Source of the DNA: Antedon mediterranea
Taxonomy: Eukaryota > Animalia > Echinodermata
Assembly (NCBI RefSeq): GCF_964355755.1
Contig: NC_092676.1
Location: forward strand, 23,392,871-23,456,870
Length of the DNA stretch: 64,000 bases
Direction of reading: 5' to 3'
Numbering within the stretch: the stretch's first letter is position 1; the number at the start of each line of letters is the position of its first letter. The notes below the pieces were generated by a model. That model was not told the origin of the DNA. It searched no databases and saw only the letters and a program-made list of their open reading frames with translations. A program made the position numbers and the translations under genes. Positions 13,478 to 25,800 of the stretch are shown piece after piece.

Positions 13478-13800
13478 ATTCAACTAATATAAATATATGG
13501 TTTGGTGGGCTGAAAAAAGTCACCAAATTTAAGACTATTCAATGTTTCTATATTTCAGCTTTGTTGCTGAGAAATTCATCTGTTTTCATTTGCAACAATA
13601 TAACATACTAAACATAAGTGAAATCTATATAAATGACAAAATCTATTTTATATAATTTCACCAGTACTTTAACTTAAATCTTATACAGAGTAGTAATAAT
13701 AACAAACCCATTCTAACATTAATCAACATCTGTATGTTTAATTTATTACATTTGCCTTTAAAATTAATTATACATTATCATGTGTATAATTTACATAAAT

Positions 13801-16800
13801 TTACATAAGCCAGGTAGGTGTTGGCTCTGTACCTCTCAAGTTCAAGAAACTGTTCATTTTGTGATCAAAGTCTATCGGCCTTGAATTTGGATCACGATAT
13901 TTTAATGTCATATTGTTGCCTAAGTATTTAATCAGTTCACACTGGTCTTCAAACTGGATTAGTTTCTTCTTGAACTTTTTTCGGACATAATCGGAACTCT
14001 TCGGGTTGTATGCTAAAAAAGGAAAGAGTAATATTATAATTTACACATTTTAATTAGTAATTATTCATCCTGATACTATAATGCTCTGTTTTGACAGCTT
14101 TATGCCCTAAAGGTTTTCAAACAGGAAGAATCTTTGAAATGTATAAAGATCTTTGTTAATTATCAAATACAGTGGAACCTCTTTTGAAACACCCATATTC
14201 GATGAACACCCTTATTAAGGGGATATTTTTCATTGAATGACGGGCAGTATATGTTATTAGTAATATGGACAACCCATATTTGTTGAGTCCGAAAGGTAGG
14301 GTGTCCTCTTAATAGAGGTTCTACTGTGTATATATATATATATAATAGAAATGCTTCTCGTTTTGATTTAGCTTTTCGCTTTTATTTTGCATCTCCATTG
14401 AGATCCAGCCACTGATACCCACAGCATTGTCATTTTTTCAGTAATTTGCCTTTGGATTTATATAATAGAAATACAATACCTTTCAAATGGTATGCAACAT
14501 AGAGTAAAGCTGATCTTGAAGCACTTATGAATGGGTACTTGGGTTTGAAGCAGCCTACTGCTGTTAGACTCTTAGTTACAGCTGTTGCCAGAGTCTGTTC
14601 CATGTAGCCTAGCATTGGTAATGATGTCACTAATAAAGGATCCTGTTTAGGTGGCAACTTGTGGGGTAGCTTCAGGTTGTAATACTTCTCAGGAAGTCTG
14701 TAAAGACAAAAATAATAGCATAGACATGTATTAGGGAGCACTCGTGCTTAGCCGTAGGGATTTAGTTCCATGTTGTGTTTCCTGCCACTTATTTTGTTGT
14801 GTTTGTGATGTTTTTGTCGAGAATAAGAATAAAGAATTAGATGACTTGCAATCCAGCAGATTTGTTTACCTTAGAAACTTCTGCAGTTTCTCTTCAGTAA
14901 CAAAGCAATATAGGTTTTCTCTGTATTCTACTATTAACTCTGAATTGCCAGGAACAATTGCCTCATACCTGTTCAAATATCAAAACAAAATTATCTTTAA
15001 TTAAATTTTCTTTGTTTAATTTGTTCCCGTTCAATGTTCTGAATATTTTTACCTAATTTCATCAACTTCATCACAGTACACATGCAATAAAGTGAATAAA
15101 ATTGAAAATGAGGAAAACTTGCTAATGGTACTCAAAATTGTTATACTACAACGAAGATATAGTTGCCACTGAAAAAGCATAATTATGTAAATCTAATAAT
15201 ACAAAATTACTATGAGAACATTTGTATTATCTTTCAAGGTTCATTGAAATATTGACAGATGCTTAAGATTTGAAGATCTTACAACCAACTTACCTAAGCT
15301 TGCCGTCTAAAAATGTCACAGGACAATATCCTTGAAGTTCAATCTGCATTGGGAACATTTTCTTTGCATCTGCAGCAGACCTGCGATGCGGCAGCAAATC
15401 TGGAGGCGGCAACTTTCGTGGAGCAAGTGGAGGAACGTACTTCTCAGGATTTGACAGGAATATCTCTAAGTTCTCGGCGTTCTCCATCTTGTAGTACCGA
15501 GCTCGGAATTCAGCTGTAAATTCTAGGGTTCGATTTGTAGAACAATCGACAAGTTCTCCTTTGTTTGCTAGGCTTACAGGACAATATTGCTGGAAGTCTC
15601 CAAGTCGAGCTAGACATTCTTTGGGCGTTATACACATGTCAGCGATGGAAGCAGCTTTACCTGGAAGATAAACACAAGTTGAAGTCATCAGACAAATTTG
15701 AAACTTATCAGCATTATTAGCTTCATATAGTGAGATAATACTGAATCCCACTTAATATATGATACAGTTACGGAAGCTCCTAGAGACTAGCAGCGAAAGT
15801 AAATACACCAACTACTAGCCTAGCTCATGACTACCCCTTTTGTGACCTCCTAAAAAACTCCTGGCTACGGGCTTGTTAAGTAAGGCATACATACAGACCT
15901 TCAGATATTCTCTGTAAGTATGTTTGAATCTGCCTAACACTCTTGTGAGCTTCACTCTTTGCCATCTCCCACACCTTCCACTTGGACTGTTCTCCATTAA
16001 CCATCACCCAATTCCGGTGCTGTTCTTTGTACCATTCCCGCACAGCTGTTATCTCCTTCTGCCAGGTGGCTATCTTTATGGCAAGGTTCTGTGCGCTGTC
16101 ATGAAGGGGGAGTGTCCTGAAAGAAACATAATCATGTATTGATTCTTATTTATTTTGTTTATCCAAAAGCAAACACATGACCGGCCAAATACAGGATGTT
16201 AAAAACATGCTTTTAAAACCAAGGTACAAAAGCGACATAAAGAAACTGCCTACCTGTCAGGTGACATTCTGTCCTTCATTCCTCTTACAATGACCTCTCT
16301 ACTGTCAACTTCCAACTCTAGCACCACTACAGGGATTATATTCAACTCAGTCATCAGGTCTACTTGCTTCTTTGTAACTGGATAACCATCAAATATATAT
16401 CTGAAAAAAAGTAATTTAAATACATAGTAAAATAAGTGTGATGAGTCGCAACATTTGCAATCAGGTTAAATATTGATTCCTAGCCTCCTTCCACACACAC
16501 TAGCTACATTATTCCAGCATCCACCCAAAAAACGACTTGCTTAGTTACTATGTACTCCTACTATAATACTCACCCTCTAGTATGACACCTCATATTCATG
16601 AGTAAGACCTCAAGAGCCTGCACAGCCAGCTCATCTGGAACAACCTTGCCTTTCCTGAGATGATTATTCAACTGTTCAGCTAGCCCTGATTTAGGTTGTT
16701 TGTCAAGCACAAACCTAAGAGCTTCTCCCATTGACAGACGTGCCATTCCATACTCAGAAACAAATCGATTTGCCACTATGTATAAATTGGAACAAAGACA

Positions 16801-19800
16801 TTTTAAATTTAAATATTTTGGTTTTTAGCCTTTTCAACCACATACAACAGTTCTATATATGTACAGTAAATCCTTGGTGTGAAACATGTACGTACTTTCC
16901 TACAGTTCAAGTATTATATGTATGAAATTCCACATGTGCCAAAATATCTATTTTTATACTAATTTCGGTATAGAACCTAGACTAAGTTTGATATACAGTC
17001 GACTCTCCCAATACTACATAAAAATAGGAGATGCTCTTAATACAAAACCATACCTTTCTTGAAGTCTAAATGAAATACCAAGACTTCCGGAAAACCAGAC
17101 ATTTTTGGGCAGCCCAAAGGGTCCAATATTAGGAGAGTTAAATACTAATACTCACAAGCAGTTTTTCCACTCTTTGGTGGACCGATGATTGCCATTCGTA
17201 TAGGTACAACTGGCTTAGGGGATGGTTGCTTCAGATACTTAAGCGGATTCATGATGAACAATTCCCGGGCCCTTATGCTTGACAGGAAGTATATATGTTG
17301 CCGGTATATGACCGGGTAAGTGGTGAATCCTGGGCCGTGCATTGGTTGGATACAGTCATCTTCCATTGTCTAAAAACAACATCATTTAAGACAAAAAAGA
17401 ATTTGTAACATAGGTGTATAGAAATAATCAATGAAATTAATACAGTAACAACATTTATGCATGCATATTTCCACTTATATTTAAAGCTCTATCTACATAA
17501 TCAAACTAGTTTGACAAAAAAAGTGTGATGTGCCCAAATATGGTAGTGATATGCCAAATTATGGTAGTGATATGACATCATTGTGTCTATAAAAGGGCAC
17601 ATCATATTTTTGTCACATAAAGTTTGATAGTGTAGAGAGAGCTCGAGGTAGAGGTTGTGTGACACACATGCATAGTCAAAAGTCAAGTCAGGGAGATTTC
17701 CATTTTTACAGGCTAGGACCATGTAACTAGTTACATCATGTCAATTTACTGTGTTTATGCAAGGATGCATTGGGATGTGCTTTCTCACTCGATTTCTTTT
17801 GAATTTTGGTTGTTTCTAGGTCAAGGCAAGTCCAACAACACATCAATGCATAGTTCATAGAAAATCAAAAGCTCCAAATACAAACCTTAACAGGACACCA
17901 TCTTCCAAATCTACTGGGATTTTTATAACCTATTTCCAGCATCCTCTTAGCAACATCTTCTTTGATTGGATAAACCCTCTCAAACAAACTCTCACGACAG
18001 TCTACGACTGGTCTAAGGTTCTGCTCAAGTGTATAGCGTACAATGTGTGCCTTCCGGCCAGCATTGATATCAATTCGTGGAATCATCAATTCTTCAAAAG
18101 ATTCCTACATGATGAAATATTTTAAAAAGTTAAGCTTTAAAGATGTATTGTCCTCCAAAAACATGAAAAATGAAGGTTGAAAAAATTAGACTTTAAATAT
18201 AGTTCTAATTAACTTAATCACAATAAAACAGAAACAAATACATTTTTTCAGGTTAATGATTTATTTTCAGTCAAATTTTTGGTCAGAGTTTAAATTATTA
18301 TGGGACATTAAAATTGGATATTACAAAATAATTAAATGGGTGGGACAGTATATCTTTAACAATAAAAAGTTTGTCAATATATTACAACTTTTAAAAGAAA
18401 AAAAAAATTGAAATATGTACCTGAAGAGAAACAAGTCTATTCGTATCATCATCATGCATCTCAACAATTTCATTTTTTAACCTATCTATGGCATCCTCTT
18501 CCAGCTCCTCATCATCTTCCTCTTCTTCCTCTTCCTCCTCAAACTCTTCTGCCAGCAGCGTATCAATGTCATCCTCTTCCTCATCATCATCCAGGTCATC
18601 ATCCGACATATCGGACTCATCACTGTCTCTTTCAGCAGCTCGTTGAGCCTGTAGATCGGATAAAATGATAAATTAGAATAAATTGTTTTAATAATACTAA
18701 AAACTCATAATCATTAACAATTTTTGGTAACTAAAATAATTAATTTTTTGGCATTAATTGTTTAATAGATTGTAAATTCTACATTGTTATAATTCTAATA
18801 TAACATAAATTATTATTTAAGATTTAGCAGTAAACAGAACTTTTCAATGTACTGTATATAGTGTATATGAACACTAGATTGTACATGCTGTTATTATATT
18901 ACTATTATATGACTACAATATATGCAAATTAATGATGAAATAGATGGTGATTTGTTAGATAGATGATAGCAGTGTGTATATTGTAGGAGAATTGACCATT
19001 ATATATTATAAACCATTATAATGTATTGTAACAGGTTATCTCCCTATGAAATCTTATAATGAAAGATGAAAAAAAAGTGATATAGCACAATAAAATAGTG
19101 AATATTGATGACGACAGTGATTCATGCACAATCCAAAGCTCTGTCTACACTACCAAACTTTATGTGACCCAAAAAAGTGTGATGTGCCATATATGGACAT
19201 GATGTCTACCATATTTGGCACATAACACTTTTGGTCAAACTAGCTTGATAGTGTACACACAGCTTTAGAGATGATAACAATCTTCTTATCAATGATGCCA
19301 CACTTTATAGTGTCACCTGTTGTATTAGTACAAACTTTTATTAGATTAAAACATTAAGAGTATTAATAAGAGGTTATATTTCATGAGAGGGTATATATTA
19401 ACACAGCACAGTACTTTGATAGCAAACCTACCTTGCGTGCTGCCTATAAATGGGTGAAGGAAAATAAAGCAAATTGGAACATTAACATATATAGCCTTAA
19501 TGGTCTACTGCAGCGAAAGCTTTTTATTCAATACTATTTTTTCTATAAAATCTAATATCAAATGTGTAGAAATGGAAAATGACAAACAATAAGAAAAAAT
19601 CAACAATCTTTATCCAGTTTCTTGTACATATTTTGTCTACAGAAGTCGTCCTCAAAAATTACCATATCATCACTATCCCAATATTTATTTATCACTAAGG
19701 TGTCTGCTTAATAAGGAATGTATGCTGTATATGTGTGTAATACAGGTAAATATGTAAGTAAATGTAATATAAATGCCTACCAATCTTTCAGATTTTTTCT

Positions 19801-22800
19801 CGGTCATCTCAGCTTGGAGTTCTAACCTTCGTTTGTTCATAGCAGCATCACGTTCCTTCTTCTTCCTTGCTTTCCTTCTTTCCTTTCTTGCTAGCCTTCT
19901 ATCTCTCTTTTCCTTCCATTTCTTCAGTTTTGGAGGAAGCAACCTCGTCTGGATGTCAGAGTCTTCAACGAGTAGCGAGACTGCAAGGTCTGGAAAGAAT
20001 CCTTTTTCAGCTAGAAAGTTTGCCTCGTCAGCCGAGTGTGGGAAGCCCTCTAAAATGAAGCCTGTCGATTTGAATGGTTCCTCATTCCACCAGCCTGATA
20101 TGATCTTCTCTAAAGTCTCATGTGGTAGCGTCTCATCGTCTATCAAGTATGCCTTGATATTTTCCTCTTCTTCCGTAAGTTCAACTTCTTGTTCCTCCTC
20201 TTCCTCTCCCTTCAAATTTAAATAAAACAAAATTATTAGGACTACTCCTCAAAAAAATGTTTGAATCTACAACTAGTCCTGGTGGTAAATTCTTGCATTG
20301 TTGTTATGCATTATGCATGACCACCTGCTTAGTTAACCTTAATTTATCAGAAGCTCAGATCATGGCTGTTCTTCCCTTTTACATTTTCTTTTGGAAACAC
20401 AAGTTGATAGAGAAAAGAGACAAAATAAAATAAGTTTGGTGCTCTTCCTAATTATTATTTTTAGCATAGAAAAATACTGTCAACTTTACCTCTCCCTCTG
20501 CCTCTTCTTTTACAGTTTCTTCTGTGGATTCCTTCTCTTTCCCACCTTTATCCACACCGTCTCCACTTTGGTTACCATCTTCCACATCACTATCTGGTTC
20601 TTCATCTTCCTCCTCATAATCTGGACCCACTTTCTTCTTAGTCTTTGCAATTATAAGCTCTTGAAGACGATCCTTGAAGGAGATGTGGAAGATACCAAGC
20701 TTCTGGGCTAGAGCACGGCCGTGTAAAGTCTTACCTGCACCTCTTGGACCAAGCAGGAACAGGCGCACTGGAGGAGGCTGTAAAAAACAGTGATATGATT
20801 ACTAATTGGTATTCAGAAGCAGTGTATCTCAATACAAGACTTAAAGATGTATTGTCCCACAAAAACATGAAAAATGAAGATTAATAAAATCAGAATTTGA
20901 ATAGTCCATTTTGTAGTTTTAAAAAAGTTAATAACTTCCAAAAAGCGAACAAAAAATAATGTTTGACTTATAGAATTACAAAATAAATGGTTAAATTCAA
21001 CGAAAAACACATTGGCTGGCAGTCAATTTGACAACTGTTTGCTTTAAATAACAGTTGTTTCAGTTTAAGAAAAAAAAAAGATTTGTTTTCCCTAAATTTT
21101 TGGTCTGAATAACTATTTAATTTAACAATTAAAATGGCAATTTTTTGTTTTCTAATATTTGTTCAGAGGGACAATATATATTTAAAAACAAAACAGGAGA
21201 CATTATATATGTCTAAAACATGTTATACATTAAAATACGTGCAGGAAAGAACAAGACATAGGGGTAATCAAATAAATTCACAAATACATAACTGTACCTT
21301 GAATGGTTCTGTTTTTGCTATATACAACGTTGGGTTTGTCAGAAATCTTTCCTTTTCATCTGAGGTTGAGAAGTACCAGACCCTTTCCTGGAACTTGGCT
21401 CCCGTCTCAGGATTGCCAGGCCAAAGGACATGTTTCTCTGCAAAGGATACTGGACAGTAATGCTTGGTGTCACCAAATGGTCTCCTCTTGTTTTTGGCAA
21501 CTTCTTCATCCTATCAATTAAAATATTGAGATATAAATATATTATATGTACATAAGAGAAACCTTTTCTACCACAGTGTAACTGTATGTATATATCTACA
21601 ATGCTCTGACTACAGTATCTCTGATTCTTCAATTATAGAAATGTTACTACATTAGAAGTAAAACTTCTCATTTGAACCATCCCTTTCCAGGGGACACCCT
21701 GCAATGTAGACACTGTCCTGGAAAACAAACAAGGGGAAATTTATATGTATTGCGACTAATTGGCAACCTCTATTCAGGGGACACCTCTATCAAGTGTCTA
21801 TCTACTAAAGTTGTCCCCTGAATAGGGTTCTATTGTAGTATTCCATACCTCCTCTTCCATTTCTTCATCTTCGTCTGCATCTGCGTCTTCGTCCTCTTCA
21901 TCCATGTCAATACTGGTGAACTCCCAAGGTCTGTACGTGAATGGCACTAAAGAAAGTAAGAAAAGAAAAAAAATAATTGTTCAATCAAATAACATGTTAT
22001 CGCTGTCCAGAAATGACTCAGTTGAGTCGTCGAGTGATTAAAAAAAGGTCACTGAAAACCATAGCCATAAGGACTTAAAACTGGACGATCTGTGTACACA
22101 TCATATCTGGCTTGTGTGCACAACCCCAGTGTATCTTTTGTAAAGATTAGAAAGTTACCCCAGTGTACTGGTTAATTTCAGCCCTGTCATTTTACGGTGG
22201 GCTAACACCTCGGCAGTTGAATATTACCGAAACCACAAGTGTGGCCATACAGTATGTCCCAATGGAATGTAATGGACGTTCTGTGTACACATCTGGCTTG
22301 TGTGCAAAAAAAACCAGTGTATCTTTGGTAAAGAGTAGAAGGTTACTCCAATGTATGTACTGATTAACCTCAGCCCTGTCATTTTGTGTTGAATATTTTG
22401 TGTTGAATATTACACAAGAGTGGCCCTGTCCCAATTGGACAACAATAAACTAATATTATCAATAAATAAAATTTAAAACATACATTCTACATTAGTGTAA
22501 GCTTCTTTCAGAATCTCTTCCTCCTTTTTGTTCACAATTTCAATTGTGATTGGTTCAATGTTCACCATTCCAGTCAACATGCCATGAATTGATGGCCACT
22601 CACGATCAAAGTCTCCTCTTGCATCTTTGTACTTTTGAGTCTCTGGACCTTCTGGTGGTAGGGGGTCCTCTTTTGGTTCTTCCACATGTTCCTCTTCCTC
22701 CTCTATTGAACGAATTTGAAAATTATGAATATGGTGGTCATGTTAATTATATGAAATAGTCACAGCATTCAAGAATCCAAAAATTATTTTAATCCTAAAA

Positions 22801-25800
22801 ATCGTAGGTGAACATAGTCAAATAGCAAAGTTAAAAAAAAAAAGAAAATACAGTTTTTAGATCAGAATTTAAAGCATGATAGTAAAAAAACTGCATAAAT
22901 ATTTAATCTAAAATTAAATTTGGTGTAATGAAAAATCTAAAATACTACTCTACTATACCGTATGAACTCTTTTATATACATTACAGTATATGACCAAGTA
23001 CAATATTATACTTGAGTGTAACCCAAAGGCTAAATTCGGACAGAACTTTGGTTAAGAATAATCCGACACACTAATTTTGTACCTAGGCTCCATGGGACTA
23101 TACTCGGTCATACTGCAATTATAGAAGCTATAATGATGTGGACAGAGCTTTAGATTGCAAAGCCTTATTAAATAAAATATAGCACTTTCTAAACTATTCA
23201 CAGCAAACGCAAATTAGTATTTAAGTTCACACAATCAGGCTACCTTCTTTCGTGGACACAATGGAAGACTCTGTATTAGTTGAAGGCACTGTAGTAGGTT
23301 CAGCAGGAATAATTTCTGTAAGCAGCATGCAAGCGATAGAAGATTAATATACAATATCAATAGGCAATACATCATGCAGTTAAAAGCTTTTATTTTATCA
23401 TAGACTGCATAGATTTTCTATAAATTTATTGTTAAGCAATAAGGTTGATAGTTCTTGATAAGATTAATTAACTTAAATAATACAAGCATTTATGAAAAGT
23501 GTTGTTAATATTTCTATTTATATATGTATTGTTTTGTAACAGGGGGTTTCTACTTATAATAAGCTATGCTTCAGCGATTCCCCTTTTCATTCTTTTGTTT
23601 TGTACTATGATTATTTATGTATGTTTATGATTATGTGAATGGAAATAAAGAAAAAAAGAAAGAATTACTTTTACAATCTTTCTGTTGTGACATTATTAGG
23701 GGGACACTTTTGTGAAATAAATAAGGGGAAATGATTTAAGGGCAATCCATATTAAGTGATTGAGTCATAAAGACTTTAATAGAGGTTATTCTACTGAATA
23801 CTTGTATCAAGTGAGTAATTACACTACTTTTTAGCTTTGGCAAAAAAAAATTTATCATCTTGTCTTTAACAGTAAAAACCAAACAGTGAATTCATACACT
23901 TGCTTATAATAAACATCATCGTGTTATCAATGTTTTTCCATTTTTGTGACATTTTACTATAGGCTTAAAACAAGAAAGTAGTTGAATGTATTAATATTAG
24001 ATAAAATGTTAGTATTGTATTATAGTGTATCAGAAGCTCAGATTAAACTTTAATTTTATAAATTAAAGAGGTGTATGTGGTAGAGGAGATGAGAGAATAA
24101 GGAGAAAAACCTGTTACAATTAGCAGAACATAATGTTTTTATGGCCAGTTCAAAGATGCTTGTAGGTGTATGGTGTTTAGATGGTGAACTCAACAAAAAT
24201 TGCAGTGTACACACAAAAGTGAGAGGTTAAAAACAGACAAGACAATTAAGCGCTTCGTCTGCCTCATCTGGCTACGGTCCTGGTACTACTGTACATTATT
24301 ACAACATTCATCACATATCAGTAGTACTCCCCCACATTTTACCACCCCTTGTCTAGCTCAGAATCAGGGACAACAGCGTCGGTGGTTTTAACACTGACTA
24401 GAGCATGTGCACTTATTGTTAGGAAATAGTAATTAGGATAGTAAGTAGGATAGTAATAAGCAATTCCTTAGTTTTAGTAAACTCTTTTCTTCAAATAAGT
24501 TTATAGAATCACAACATTCTTCACATATCAGTACAGTAGTACTACCGCACATTTCATTAGGCGCAGGAGCCCCGGATAGCGTTACGTTTGAAAACCCCAA
24601 AAAGTGAGGTTTTCAACCATTAGCGGCATGAATGATGTGAGTGATTAATGTGTTTTACGGACGGTTTCAAGGACTATCCTACCAGTGGGCTGTTCACTGG
24701 TCAAATGATTGACACTTTGTATCACCGTTTGTAACTGGAGCTGTACTGGAAATATTAAAAAGTTATATTAATATAATATATTCTGTGTTTTCATGTTTTG
24801 AGAAATTGTATATCATTTCAGATGTTTCGCGCTGTGCTTTTATTTGTTTCGCGCTTCGTCTTGTTCGAGCTTCCTCCGTACATACCGATAATTAATATGA
24901 TTTTTCATTTCATTTTTTGTACATTATTAACAAATAGCATACAGAACCCCATACAGAACATACCCTTCTCTGAGAAAACACTTGTGGGCGATTCCCCGAA
25001 TACGACATGATGGAATAGCTTTGGAGACTTTGACTTTGGAGTAGGCCTAAATTGAAACGTCAAGCAACTCAACAGTGAGTGAGTGAGTCATATGGCCGAG
25101 CGGTTTACCGTACCTAAAGAGCCAACAGCAACATCGGCAAGGGTTCGAGGCCGACTCGCTCCTAGTTCTGGTGATGGAACAAGTCTTCTCGGATAAGGAC
25201 TATAAACCGTAGGTCCAGTGAATACAGTTATAACCTGTGTGTACTTTAAAGAAACCCAGTTCATTATTCGAAAAAGAGCTGGTTCACACAATAGCCCCTG
25301 TATCAGGGGGATTACCACCTATCTGATAGGACAGTGATTAATTCACTATTGGTAATCCTTGGCCACATTGCCTAAAGACATAAAATAAACAGTTCTTTTC
25401 AGAACTAATATAGGCCTATGTGGTGTACCGCAAATTTATATCAACAAATATGTAACTTGTTTAGCACGTTTAAAATGGATAGCAAAACATATTTTTAAAA
25501 AAAAACCTGAATTATTTCAAACAGACAGCACATTAGTTCAAACGGATAGCACAATAGATAGCTCAATCAAATGGATATAACTATATAACTGTACTGTGCA
25601 TTCTATACGGATTATCGGGTAGCACATTCTTTCAAATGGATAGCACATTCTTTCAAATGGATAGCACATTATTTCAAATGGATAGCACATGAGGTAGCAC
25701 AATCAAATGGATTATTCTATGATTATCGGGTAGCACATTCTTTCAAATGGATAGCACATTAGGCCTATTTCAAATGGATAGCACATTCTTTCAAATGGAT

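Noticed and set aside
19773-20225. 150-aa Ser/Phe-rich plus-strand ORF (similar cases at 18408, 20391, 31794, 45521)
   Set aside because: These are antisense shadows of real Glu/Lys-rich exons.
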